DNA of 64,000 nt from Octopus sinensis (GCF_006345805.1 NC_043001.1:91574001-91638000), one strand, 5' to 3'; positions 12,362 to 25,703 are shown, numbered from the stretch's first letter. The notes: generated by a model from the letters alone, not told the origin. Numbers and translations are program-made.

Positions 12362-13066
12362 TTGGGTTGCCCAGAAAGTTCGTACCGATTTTTAAAGGAA
12401 AGAAAAAGGGCAATAAATACTTGCCATTACATTTTTAATCAACCAAATATGAACCATTTTGTTGCACAATGCGTCTCCATCTTTCCTCTAACTTGAAAAT
12501 GCTCTCTTCCCAGAAAGTTCGTACCGATTTTTGAAGGAAAGAAAAAGGGCAACAAATACTTGCCATTACATTTTTAATCAACCAAATATTAACCATTTTG
12601 TTGCACAATGCGTCTCCATCTTTCCTCTAACTTGAAAATACTCTCTTCCCAGAACTGAGGTGGTTTCATGGCAAAGAATTCATCAAGGTATCTTTTTATG
12701 TCATCCAAGGAATTGAAATTTTTACCATTAAGACTATTCTGCAGAGACCTGAATAAGTAGAAATCCGAAGGAGCAATATCTGGTGAATATGGAGGGTGGG
12801 GTAACACATCCCAGCCGAGCTGCAGCAATTTTTGTCTGGTTCCCAAAGCATCAAGTGCCGAAAATGAACTTTGTTATCTTCCATTTTAAAGGGTTACAGA
12901 ATTAACACAGGTTATAGGAACATAAACCTTCTTCCACGAAAAAATAGCTTAAACAGTACTCTAAATGGAGGTGTAGTCAAATCCTATTTTATGGACTCAA
13001 CCACGTTCTAAAATAAGTCGAAAGGTAAGCTACTATAAATCGGCACGAACTCTCCGGACAACCCAA
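12362..13066 (-). mobile_element. Internally deleted mariner with both TIRs and TA TSD
   Basis: TA|TTGGGTTGCCCAGAAAGTTCGTACCGATTT ... AAATCGGCACGAACTCTCCGGACAACCCAA|TA; MEDNKVHFRHLML fused to GTRQKLLQLGWDVLPHPPYSPDIAPSDFYLFRSLQN...WRRIVQQNG (mariner YSPDLAP motif); internal ~140-bp tandem duplication. Confidence 0.92.
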
Positions 13067-13730
13067 TATTATCACACAGGACAGTTTAATAATAAAATCG
13101 GTAGCGTGCAGAAAACTTTTACACTTTTTCTAATGAGGGCGGAGAGCTGGAAGAAATTGTTTGAATGTCAGCGAAACAAAAAAAAAAATGGTTGCTGCAT
13201 TTCTTCCTATTTCCAATGTTCTGAGTCCAGGTTCGGTCAAAGTCAACTTTGATTTTCATCATTTCGTTTTAACTATAAAAAAAAAGTTTTTGTTAAGTAT
13301 TAGGGCCAATGCCATTGATGAAAACCCTCCCCACAAAATTTCAGCCCTCTTACATATATTAGATATAATTACAGTGTGTCATTCTCGATTTCGACATTCT
13401 CAACCTCGTCAACGTCAATCTAAAATTAGTCATCGTCAGATTCACTTTCTTTATCGCCAGTCTCAATTATGTTATCAACTTTAATTTCGTTATTACCAAC
13501 TTAAACATAGTCACTGTAGGATGGAGCAAATTATTCTTTTTCTTTTTTATGAATAGATGTTTACATCTGTGACTACTTGTCGCAAAATGGTAAAAGTTTT
13601 GAGGCAAATTTTATTTTATTACTGATAAAAATTGTCACATTGACGTAAATATACTTATATATATATTCCTGTAAGTATAAGTGCATATTATCGGTGTATA
13701 GATGTAAAAGTACAAACTGTACGCACGCAC

Positions 13731-13781
<51 letters not shown>

Positions 13782-13840
13782 ACACACACACACACACACA
13801 CGCATACACACACACACACATTTATATATAGGGTAATGAG

Positions 13841-14128
13841 TAAAGACGCCCTTCAGTCATGAATGACCGTGGGATTGCACCTAGAAAGTTCCCCTCCGTG
13901 GCACAAGTCCGGGCAAGAGGTTGTTTATGGAAGACCAGCAGTCACCCACGCATACCAAACTTCCCTCTCCACGCCACCGATGTTATCCAAGGGAAAGGGC
14001 AAAGGCCGATGCAGCTTGGCACTAGTGACATTGCAACTCATTTCTACAGCTGAGTGAACTGGTATAACGTGAAATAAAGTGTCTTGCTCAAGAACACAAC
14101 ACACGGCCCGGTCCTGGAATCGAACTCG
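13841..14128 (-). mobile_element. tRNA-derived SINE, family C
   Basis: Reverse complement of the 41060-41390 element (GTTCTTGAGCAAGACACTTTA, CACTCAGCTGTAGAAATGAG, CCTTTCCCTTGGATAAC). Confidence 0.85.
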
Positions 14129-14729
14129 TATACATACATATATATAAGTAAATAAATGGAGTTGAACGCAGATGTTATTCAAATTCTTTTACTTTCGATA
14201 TATGTTTCGAAGACAGGAAAGAAAGAGAACCCATCTCAACAGCAAGACATTATAATAATTTTGATGACTGCATAAATGATAAACAGAACGCTATTAAGTA
14301 TTTAAAAAAATAACCGTTAGCATATCTGACGTCAAAGGATAATTCCTTCATCCATTTATATTTATATATATACGACACATCAAAGACATTTTTAATTATT
14401 TATTACAACCATTTCGTAACTATCCCGATATATTCTTAAAAAATTCGACACTATGATCTTCTGAAATCTAATACAGGAATCCTTACAAAGCTTTCAAATA
14501 GATATCAACAAATGTTATGAATTACCTGAAATGTAAAATTATATACTACACACGCCCTCATACAAGTACTCCACAAATTTATGATTGCGTAAATAGACAC
14601 ACATACACTACACTACATGAATATTCATATATGTATATGTGTGTGTGTGTGTGTTCACGGACGCACCCATACACCCTACCACACTAGTGTAAATGCTTAA
14701 ATATAGATATGCAGACAATTAACTGGTTC

Positions 14730-14955
14730 CAAATTTTTGACTCAAGACCACCAGGCTGGTCGCGGTGGCGTGGGGTTAGCTAAGTCGATTACATTGACCC
14801 CAGTGCACATTCGGAACTTATTTTATCGACTCCGAAAGGATGAAAAGCAAAGTTGATCTCGGTGGAATTTGAGCTCAGAGCGTAAAGACAGACCAAATGT
14901 TGTTAATCATTTTGCCCGGCGGGCTAACGATTCTGCCTGTTCGCCACCTTTTGCA
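14730..14955 (-). mobile_element. SINE family B copy
   Basis: AAGTCGATTACATTGACCCCAGTG...CGGTGGAATTTGAGCTCAGA...CTGCCTGTTCGCCACC. Confidence 0.75.
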
Positions 14956-14965
14956 GACAAACCAA

Positions 14966-15054
<89 letters not shown>

Positions 15055-15162
15055 GTCTGTCTGTCTGTCTGTCTATCCACTTGCACTAATGTACTTATAC
15101 ACTGATCGACGCTGGACTGACTTAGACTACCGAAAGTGTTTCTCTTGTATTGTATAGGAATA

Positions 15163-15650
15163 CCGTAAATCCTCGAGTATAATCCGCATTTCCCCCCGAA
15201 ATTTAAAGGTCAAAATCCCTAGTGCGTACTATATACGAGGTTAAAAATGAAATGTCTGAGTCTCTATATGCTGTCCGGCAATGTTTATTCAGACACATTT
15301 TGTGATGTCAAGCTAAGCCTGAAAGCAATGAAGTCATAAAAGAATCATCCATAACTTGCAGTAAGCAACGTTTATTAAAATAAAAGTATTCAGAACACAG
15401 AATAACATGTAACAAAGACAATTTACAAACATATTTACATTCCCATATAACAGTTAAGAACATCACCATTATTGTATTACGCATGCCCGGAAGTGTTTGT
15501 TAGACTAGGTGCTGCTGGCTTAATTACGCACGACTGAAATTAGAGAAGGGGTGAGTATTATACACAAGGTTTAGGCTTTTCAGAGGTACATCCCCCTAAA
15601 AATCCCCTGCGTATTATACTCAAGGGCGCACTATACTCAAGAATTTACGG
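15163..15650. mobile_element. Tc1/mariner-superfamily MITE (Tc2/pogo-like TIR), 488 bp
   Basis: TA|CCGTAAATCCTCGAGTATAATCCGC ... GCGCACTATACTCAAGAATTTACGG|TA; subterminal repeats of GCGTAYTATAYWCRAGG; no ORF. Confidence 0.85.
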
Positions 15651-16310
15651 TACTTTAAGACAATGAAGAAAAGGGAGCAACGAATAAAACGTTAAAAATG
15701 ATGTTATTTATTTTTGTCTTATATAATAAATATGTAGTGAGTGTGTGTATGTACATTTACGGCAAAGTAACCATTTGTATTATTATACAAAACATAATAA
15801 TTTACAAAACATGTTAATGTCGACATTCTTTTAAAATTCTTCGACAAATAATCTCCAATGTCAATGACAGTTCATAAAAAAAAAGCTCCATCCTACTGTG
15901 CGAAATGAAAGTCGACGTGCAATCGAGACAGACAGTATGGAATTGAGTCTGACGATAACAAATCTGAGATTGACGTTGACATGGGTGAGGTTATTAAAAC
16001 GAATTTGTGGAAGAAATTTGAAGGAGAAACCGTGTATTTCTTTCGCTAGTTTATTCTTTTTCTCTTCCCTCCCCATCTCTTTTTACATTCATACATACGC
16101 AGATGGCCATATATTTAGATATGCTTATGTCACAAATTTACCATAACTTAGTATCTAGCTCAAGTTTAATCCAATAATGCTAATGCCACCAAAATCCTAT
16201 TGTACTGTAGCTAGTAACCCAATAAGAAAATTTTAAAATATTCCATCTTGATCCAATTGAATATAAAACCCTAAGACGAAATAAACTTAAGTGTGTATAC
16301 GTGTGAGAAC

Positions 16311-16468
16311 GACGTGGCTGTGTGGTAAGAAGCTTGGTTCCCAACCACATGGTCCCGGGTTCAATCCCACTGTGTGGCACCTTGGGCAAGTGTCTTTTAT
16401 TATAGCCTCGGGCCAACCAACCAATGCCTTGTGAGTGGATTTGGTAGACGGAAACTGATAGAAACCCG

Positions 16469-16526
<58 letters not shown>

Positions 16527-16535
16527 GTATGTATG

Positions 16536-16569
<34 letters not shown>

Positions 16570-16755
16570 TGTATGTATGTATATGTGTCGTTGTGTCTGT
16601 GTTTACGTCCCCGTAACGTAACCGTTCAGCAAAAGAGACCGATAGAATAAGCACACGGCTTAAAAAATAAGTCATGGGGTCGATTCTTCGACTAAAACCC
16701 CGCGAGAAGGGGCTTCAGCATGGCTGTAGTCAAATGACTCAAACAAATAAAAGAA
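16311..16755 (+). mobile_element. SINE family A, near full length with expanded internal (TA)n/(TATG)n
   Basis: Head, internal microsatellite, and 3' half ending CAGCATGGCTGTAGTCAAATGACTCAAACAAATAAAAG. Confidence 0.88.
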
Positions 16756-16778
16756 AAAAACAATATAATATATATTAT

Positions 16779-17177
16779 GGCGCTGGAGTGGCTGTGTGGT
16801 AAGTAGCTAGCTTACCAACTGCATGGTTCTGGGTTCAGTCCCACTGCGCGGCACCTTGGGCAAATATTTTCTACTATAGCCTCGGGCCGACCAAAGCCGT
16901 GTGAGTGGATTTGGTAGAGGGAAACTGGAAGAAACCCATCATATACATATACGTGTGTGCTTCTGTATGTATATGTTTGTGTATCTGTGTTTTTTCCCCT
17001 ACCATCGCTTGACAACTGATGCTGGTGTATTTACGTCCCCGTAACTTAGCGGTTCGGAAAAAAAGACCAATAGAATAAGTACTAAGCTTACAAAGAATAA
17101 GTCCTGGGGTCGATTTGTTCGACTAAAGGCGGTGCTCCAGCATGACCACAGTCAAATGACTGAAACAAATAAAAGAA
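16779..17177 (+). mobile_element. SINE family A, full length, tandem to the previous copy
   Basis: GGCGCTGGAGTGGCTGTGTGGTAAG...GTCAAATGACTGAAACAAATAAAAGAAT. Confidence 0.9.
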
Positions 17178-17192
17178 TATATATATATATAT

Positions 17193-17398
17193 AGTTAATC
17201 CAAACAAGGAAGCACACAAAAAAAACACAACGCAAGGACTTGGAACAAATATAGTATTATTGGACGCTCAGTAAAGAAGGAAAGAAGGGGGGTTCAACGT
17301 TTCGAGCGGAGCTCTTGGTCGGAAACATAGGAGAAGGAAAGATCCAGAGAAGAGAAGACAGAGGGAAAAAATCGCCAACGATACACACGCGGTCACAT
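17193..17398 (-). mobile_element. ~206-bp repeat with a decayed hammerhead-like motif (same family as 48130-48339)
   Basis: Reverse complement aligns end to end with 48130-48339; both sit in (TA)n. The core reads CCGACCA instead of CTGACGA. Confidence 0.8.
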
Positions 17399-17654
17399 TT
17401 TGAATATATATATATATACATACATGCATATGTTTTGCTTCAGCAATACATGTGTACTAAAATTTGGAGGGATATAGAATAGTTTAGCATGACCCTTGCG
17501 CAAGGGTGACATGCAAATACGTGAAGCGTTCCATATTTTTGACTTTGTGAATATTTTATCTCATCAATCATAAATATTTATCATTCAAAATTTAACAAAG
17601 AAATATAAATAATGCGGAAAAGAAAGGCATAGTCAGTCATTGGTTGACATAGTT

Positions 17655-18440
17655 TATTAAGGATTTCTTCTCCTTTCCAATTTTAGCCGCTTGAAATATT
17701 TCGTTGAGTGACATCCCGCAGTCTGCACGCATCATACGGTAGTAAATCATTCTTGGTAATTTCCTCTTTCACTTTTCCCCTTGTAGGGTGTTAAGCAGCA
17801 GGCGTGTTGCATTTGGTCACCAATCTATCTCAGCCGGCGTTCCTATCATCCTTGTACTCTTTTGCTTTTCGTCAGCCATTTGTATCATTCCAATGTATCA
17901 CTGGAAACGTGGTCGTTATAGCATATCTGATATACTTTCCCTCCGGTTTCTTGTGTGGAAAGTGTTCATCATTGCAACGTGACGATTCGTTCATGTTACC
18001 CTTGTTTCGCATCCGTATCTAAAAATGGGAATGTGTTGAGTTGATGTCAGACGATCAAAGGTGTTGAAGCTCCACAAACCACTCTCCTTCTGTCTATGAT
18101 GTCGCTGTTTGAGTTGTGAGAGAGATCAGTTAATTCAAGGTAAGTGAATTAAGCAACTCTGGATAGCTGCTTTCCATTTGTCAGGACGCCAGTTGTTTTG
18201 TCTGTGTTTATATTAACGGTGATGTAATCTGCTTTCAATTCCTTCATTACTAGCCCCATATTCTTTGCTTCACGCGTGACACGATCCAAGTAGTACTGCG
18301 CTTCTATGAGTTTAGGAGCAAAGAGAACAATATCATTTGTAAATGCGAGACAGGCTAACGTATGTGACTCTGATATGCGAATTCCATCCTCTGTAGCGGT
18401 TACAGCTTTCATCACATGAACCATAAACCCAAGCTGCAAA
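17655..18440 (-). mobile_element. Heavily degraded RTE-type LINE remnant (RT and C-terminus)
   Basis: LACLAFTNDIVLF (degenerate FADD), GLVM, LRYGCET, RRLR*IGD and PYKGKSERG motifs appear in the expected order across frameshifts. Confidence 0.65.
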
Positions 18441-18829
18441 GTTCAACCCTCACCTCAAGGCGGTACAGCTGATAGAAACGCTGGGGCGAATTCCTAGTTG
18501 GCTAACGAAGGCTCTGGTGAAGAGAGCAGGACTAATTACCAGATATTGGATTCTTGCTGATTACGAAAGAAAAACAAGGTTAGATCAAACATTAGTGGTT
18601 ACATCAGAACAGACACGAACTAGTCAGCATGAAGCTATCACACCAAAGCCATTTTAGACATGTTAATGCGGATGTATTCAGAATGAGGCTGGTCACATTT
18701 ATTTTCTCTACTTATAATGTTTCATCTCATTATATATATATTCCTGGGCATTTACCTTCTTATATTTTTCACTACAATTCACATAGGTAAAAGTCACTTG
18801 TATGATGCATTTACACATATATATATGTG

Positions 18830-18921
<92 letters not shown>

Positions 18922-19298
18922 TATAAATAAATATATATTATATATTATTCTTTTGTTCTCTTATTCTTTTAATTGTATCAGTCAGTTTGACTGCGGCCAT
19001 GCTGGAGTACTGCCTTAAAGAGTTTCAGTAGAACAAATCGACCACAAGACTTATTCTTTGTAAGCCTAGAAGTTATTTTATATATATATTCATTTTTAGG
19101 TTAACCAGGCTACCATGGGAGAGATATCTCTTAGCAATTATCAAGACTGTCATGTGGAAGTTGGTGTTCGTCTCCTTGGTGGATGAAAACATCCAAGTTA
19201 GAGACGAAAACCAACGAGTTGATAATTGTAAGTGATATCCCACTTATGAATCTGATGGCAGGTATATTACCTACAAGGTAATATATTACCTTGGACTA

Positions 19299-19731
19299 AC
19301 TTCTAGCTGTTTTGCAATGTCTGAAGCCTTCGAACGGGGTTCGTTTTCCACAATTCTCTTCAAACATCGAAGCTTCATTTCCGAGATCCCGGGTCGGCAG
19401 GGGCGAGAATCTGTTGATTCTTTTCCTTGGCTTTTGAATTGCACTGTAATTCTATTTACAGTAGCAAGAGAAATTTGAAGATTTTTGGCAATTTTTCGCT
19501 GGCTAAGACCAGCTTCAGATTGCCCAACAATACGACCTATTTGAAAATCTGACAGTTCTGCTGAATTTTTTTGCGCGTGGCATGGTTACTCTTCGCAAAT
19601 GTTTAATACAATGGCACCTGGAATGAAAAAGAATAATTACATTGTAAATTCTACACCGCTGAAAACATATTAAGATGCTTAGATCAGAAATTTTGAAAAT
19701 CAAAGGTGTCTATTTACTTCCTGCATGTCTG
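19299..19731 (-). mobile_element. Tc1-like transposon, 5' fragment (TIR plus paired-like HTH)
   Basis: TA|CAGACATGCAGGAAGTAAATAGACACCT end; ATG at 19583, then after a frameshift ELSDFQIGRIVGQSEAGLSQRKIAKNLQISLATVNRITVQFKSQGKESTDSRPCRPGISEMKLRCLKRIVENEPRSKASDIAKQLE (hand translation; not in the ORF track). Confidence 0.8.
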
Positions 19732-19751
19732 TATATATATACATGCACACA

Positions 19752-19853
<102 letters not shown>

Positions 19854-20064
19854 CACATACATGCATGCACATTTATTCATACACATACACACATAAACTC
19901 TGACACGCAAGCATATTTGTATCTATAAATATGATAGCTTCAATGTAACCCGAATTCGAATAATCCAAAAAACATACAATAACTGGGTTTCACCCTAAAT
20001 ATCTTTCACCGAAGAAAAAAACAGAAATATTGGGTACAGGGAACCCTCTCAAAACAAATCGACG

Positions 20065-20095
<31 letters not shown>

Positions 20096-20169
20096 CTCTT
20101 TCTCTCTCTTTCCCTCTCTACTCTCTTTCCTTCTCTTTCTACACGCGTGTATGTATGCTTGTATGCATG

Positions 20170-20386
20170 TATATGTATGTATAAATGTGTGTTCTGTATG
20201 TATGTATGTATGTATGTATGTATGTATGTATGCATGCATGTATGTATGTATGCATGTATGCATGTATGTATGTGTGTGTGTGTATGTATGTATGTATGTA
20301 TGTGTGTGTGTGTATGTATGTATGTATGTATGTATGTATGTATGTATGTATGTATGCATGCATGTATGTATGTATGTATGCATGCA

Positions 20387-20417
<31 letters not shown>

Positions 20418-20447
20418 ATGTATGTATGTATGTACGTATGTGTGTAC

Positions 20448-20478
<31 letters not shown>

Positions 20479-20502
20479 TGTATGTATGTATGTATGTATG
20501 TG
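20170..20502. repeat. (TATG)n array with CATG/TGTG variants
   Basis: Directly visible; source of several spurious MYVC ORFs. Confidence 0.95.
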
Positions 20503-21173
20503 TAATGAAAGCGAGCGCGGTCTTAAAAAAAGATAAGAAACAGGCGATAAAGTTAAGCAACAGAACAAAAATGCTGAGCAAACATGGAGTAAAAAGGAGG
20601 ATACGAATAATATATCCTCGAACATGTGTATGACCGCTGATAAATATAATATAAATAAACAATCTCCTTGATAACAGCTTGGAATTATGTGTTCATTACA
20701 GATTGTACATGTATTCCTGTCTGCAATTTTAATACTATATTGTATGATGTGTTTATTGTAAATATGACATCCAATGAAAATAGAATTATGACATAATCAG
20801 CTTGAAATTTTACTTATGACTTAACAATAACTCGGTTAACGTTTAGTTTATGTTGTTTTATCGTTTACTGCGTCACAAAAATGGCGGTCTTTTACTATGG
20901 CGATGAGTAGCAGCGTATTCTTAAAGTTTAATTTTATTTCTTTACATATTTCTGTCTTTCTTTTTACTGTTAACGTCTCGCTTCCTAAATTGGTTACCTA
21001 TTCATCAACGTCTCTACCGATAATAGGTTCTCAACCTTTTTCGTGTTTACACACACACACACACACACACAAATGTATATACATACATACATACATACAT
21101 ACATACATACATACATACATACATACATGCATACATACATACATATATATATATATATATTATATATATATAT

Positions 21174-21221
<48 letters not shown>

Positions 21222-21639
21222 CGGAGAAGTACTTGCATAGCAAGTGACCTGATTTGAGATCGTGTGCTGGAACGACAACATTGCAGCGTGGAAGGTGTTT
21301 ATAAGCCATTTAAGAAACACACGGAATTTTGTCAGTGAACAGGTCGCGGTCTCAAAGCGACGAAAATGTTTTGACAAATTAAATCTAAATGTTGAAGTGA
21401 ATCTAACGGTTTTTGTGTGTTTCTTAAATGGCTTATAAACACCTTCCACGCTGCAACTGTATATATATATATATATAATATATATATATATATGTATATC
21501 GTGTGTGTGTGTATCTACGAATGCATTTATTTCTGTCTCAGCAAGCATCACTATCACAACCATCCGGTCGATGGTCATGAATCTTCAATAGTGTTTATCC
21601 TTGCTATTTAGCATTTTATGTATGTACCTCATTTCCTGT

Positions 21640-21940
21640 GGAGGCACATGGCCTAGTGGTTAGAGAATCCGACTCGCGGTCGAGGGATCGCGGGTTCGAA
21701 TATCAGACCGGGTGATATGTGTGTTTATGAGCGAAACACCTAAATTCCACGCGGTTCCTGCAGAAGGTAATGGCGAACTTCTGCTGACTCTTTCGCCACA
21801 ACTTTCTCTCACTCTTTCCTTCTGCATCTAGCAGCTCACCTGCGACGGACCGGCGTCCCGTCCAGAAGGGGAACCTATACGCCAAGGAAACCGGGAAACC
21901 GGCCCTTATGAACCAGGCGTGACTCGAGAAGGAAAAAGAC
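21640..21940 (+). mobile_element. tRNA-derived SINE, family D
   Basis: GGAGGCACATGGCCTAGTGGTTAG (A box) and GGGTTCGAAT (B box); body ACTCTTTCGCCACAACTTTCTCTCACTCT shared with 55713-55750. Confidence 0.8.
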
Positions 21941-22299
21941 AAACCTTATTTCCTATTTACAGACGCAATCTGGTGTGCATACGCATGCGCACACACATAC
22001 GCTCGTCACTCACGAATAGGAAGGGGCAATAATATATACCAATGATAACTGGTGCACTTGGTTTTATGAGTAAATGCTTGAATGATAAATACCTGGATAA
22101 GGTTGGGTTTGATAAAAATACAATATGTAAGTGCAAATATAATCTGTAATTGGAAGAACAAAAATATACAAGAGTTTTTCAAATTCAAAATTTGTATTTG
22201 TTTTTGTTATCTACATTTCAAACGATGGAGGTTCGTATCTTTGTGAGAAACAATTTTTTTCTTTCTTTGCAGGAAGATTTCAAATATTTAAAAATAGAA

Positions 22300-22487
22300 G
22301 TGAACGTGGCTGTGTGGTAAGTAGCTTGCTTACCAACCATCTGGTTCCAGATTCAGTCCCACTGCGTGGTACCTTGGGCAAGTGTCTTCTACTATAGCCA
22401 ACTAAAACCTTGTGAGTGTATTTGGTAGACGGAAACTGAAAGAAGCCAGTCGTATATATATATGTATATATAAATACATATATATAT

Positions 22488-22527
<40 letters not shown>

Positions 22528-22740
22528 TTGTGTATCTCTGTTTGCCCCGCAACATCATTTGACAACCGATGCTGGTGTGTTTACGTCCCCCGTAACTTAG
22601 CGGTTCGGCAAAAAAGACCGATAGAATAAGTACTAGGCTTACAAGGAATAAGTCCTGGGGTCGATTTGCTCGACTAAAGGCGTTGCTCCAGCATGGCCTC
22701 AGTCAAATGACTGAAACGAGTAAAAGACTAAAAATGAGTA
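22300..22740 (+). mobile_element. SINE family A, full length
   Basis: All modules present, including internal (TA)n(TG)n. Confidence 0.9.
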
Positions 22741-22788
22741 TGCATACATATCTGTGTGTGTATGTGTGCGTATGAGTGTACATACACA

Positions 22789-22827
<39 letters not shown>

Positions 22828-23206
22828 ACACACACACACACACACACTTGGTAGCATATTTCATGCTTACGTTTGTTGTCTTATGTGACGACTAGATAGT
22901 GACGACTAGATATAGACACCTTCCCAGTATTTTCTGACTCGACCCACCGGCCTAACCAGGATGTGACTGCTGAAGGTAGAGAAAGGTGCACCAGTATACA
23001 GCTGGTACTCATTTCAGCCGAGTAAATTTGCGCGTGTATGATAAAGTGCCTTGACAAAACAGCAACGTACTGCCTGATCTAGGGAGCGAATGTACGAAGT
23101 TTTGATGAGTAAGACATCACACCCACTATCGCACACCATAGTATACGTGTGTGTGTGTGGTGTGTGTGTGTGTTTGTTTACAAGCGTGTGTGCACGTATA
23201 TATATA

Positions 23207-23273
<67 letters not shown>

Positions 23274-23482
23274 GTACATACATACACACATATATATAGG
23301 TATACGTATATATATACATGCACACATGCATACAGACGTACATGCACACACACACACACACATATATAGATAGATATAGATACATGTGCTCAATATATAC
23401 ATACATACATACATATATCCATTCATACGTGTATTCACAAACATGCATACATACTTATGCACATACACTAACATATAAAGTA

Positions 23483-23528
<46 letters not shown>

Positions 23529-24395
23529 TGAGTGAGTGAGCATTTTATGATATACGTATAAGGAAATATATATTTTTAAAAAAATGGAGTCCTGTACTTA
23601 AATACCTTCATCATTTCGTATGAGGAGATATTTTGGAGAAGTTATTTTAAATAGATGAAACTCGAGATGAATCTTGAAATAGCAGGAAAAATAAACGTGG
23701 GTGTGTAAAGCAAATAATCTCAGTTATAATTAGTACACTCTGAGTTTGATAACATCTGCATGGTTTTTCTCTTACGCACTGTGATATATTTTACGAAGGT
23801 TGGGTGATAGGCGGCCATGTTTCAAATAATTTTTTTAATATCATAATGATCTTTTGTTGTGTCTATGGAGAATCATTAGGCCAACATTAACACACGCTCT
23901 GGTTCAATTCCACTCCTTTATTATTAGTCAATTGGCTAAATACCTAACAAATCGATTGTTTGTTTAACAGTAAGTCGCTTGTTTTGTTTATCTGTTTTTC
24001 TTTTCTTGTCAAAGCTCTTTCGTTGCTCTTTGCAACAACCTTTTCAATGACTTTTCTATTGAACCGATACGGAGGCCGTGTTTGCCTCTCTGAGATCCTG
24101 TAGCGTGCGTGTGCGTACATGTTAAAGAAACAATCGACTAGTTAGTTGAATATTTAATCAGTCGACTAAAGTAGTGGAATTGGACTAATGCACGCGGTAA
24201 TAATATTGGCATAAGGACTCTCTCTAGACACAAAAAAATCTATTTCAACACCCGAATTCACATAACTAATCTTGCAAACCAGATACAAAGAGCGGTATCT
24301 TAAGGCTCGATTTAGGATAAATTATTTCAACACCAGATTAAATGATTACATATTGTCCTTTTAAGTTCTAGATTCAAAGATTCTGAATTTATTAA

Positions 24396-24812
24396 GGCGC
24401 AGGCATGTTTCTGTGGTAAGAATTTTGCTTCCTAATCGCATGGTTTCGGGTTCCGTCCCGCTGCGTGGCACCTTGAGTATTTTCTTCTATCGCTTCAGGC
24501 TGACCAAAGCCTTGTAAGTGGATCTGGTAGACGGAAACTGAAAGAACCCCATCGTAAATACATATTATGCGTATGTTTATGAGTGTGTTTGCGTATGTGT
24601 ATGAGTGAATATGCATGTGTGTATGTGCTTTCATGTGAATGCTTCTCCCCACCCACTGCTCGACAACCGGTGTTGGTGTGTTTGCGTTCTCATAACCTAG
24701 AAGTTCTGCACAGAGACCGAATAGGATATGTACCAGACACTTAAAAAAATAGGTTCTGGTGTCGATTTATTCGACTAAACCCTTCAAGACTGTGCTCCAG
24801 CATGGCCTCAGT
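24396..24812 (+). mobile_element. SINE family A, diverged copy
   Basis: GGCGCAGGCATG...GGTAGACGGAAACTGAAAGAA...GTGCTCCAGCATGGCC. Confidence 0.8.
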
Positions 24813-25104
24813 TTCTTCGTCATATATATTTATGATGGTTTGTGCTCTCTAGATATTCCAGGGGCAGATTTAACGAAAAGATAACAGAGCAACGGCCTAA
24901 ATATTGATTTCAGGTTTTGAAACAGGCCAACAATTTTCATGGCTGGAGGTAAGTCGATTATAAGGACCTCAGAGTTTAACTGCTACTTATTTTATCGACC
25001 TCGAGAGGAGGAAAGGCAATGTCGACCTTGGTAGCATTTGAACCCAGAACGCAAAGAAGAACGAAATGCTGCTAAGTATATTGCCCAGCTTGCTTACGCT
25101 TCTT

Positions 25105-25340
25105 ATTTCTTTATTGCCCACAAGGAACTAAACATAGAGGGGACAAATAAGGACAGACAAAAGGATTATGTCGATTACATCGACCCCCGTGGGTAACTGG
25201 TATTTAATTTATCGACCCCGAAAGGCTGAAAGTCAAAATCGACCTCAGCGGAATTTGAACTCAGAACGTAACGGCAGACGAAATACCGCTAGGCATTTCG
25301 CCCGGCGTGCTTAACGTTTCTGCCAGCTCGTCGCCTTTCA
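25105..25340 (-). mobile_element. SINE family B with LINE-like tail
   Basis: Reverse complement ends TGTTTAGTTCCTTGTGGGCAATAAAGAAATAAG; adjoins an older family-B copy at ~24900-25100. Confidence 0.85.
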
Positions 25341-25650
25341 GCGGCCTAGATATTGAACGCTTGCTTAAGTTTCGTCATTTTGAGATCTAAAATCAGGTCC
25401 CTGCTTGGTTTTTTATTCTCTGTCTCAAATGTAATAAGATAGATACCAGTAATACGTTGTGGTCAGTTCAACGTCAACACAAATTGATCTTGTGACAACA
25501 TAGATTAGTTTATTATGTACTTTCTTTCTTTGCTTTGTTTTCGTTCTTGCTCTCCTTTTGTCTTTCTGTTTCTTTCTTTCTCTTTCTTCACTTCTTTTCT
25601 CCTCTTTCTTTCTTTCTTTCTTTCTATCTTTCTTTCTTTCTTTCTTTCTC

Positions 25651-25703
<53 letters not shown>

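Noticed and set aside
21645-21715. tRNA-like sequences at SINE heads (also 41065-41130)
   Set aside because: A and B boxes are present, but there is no complete acceptor stem, and they run straight into SINE bodies; not tRNA genes.
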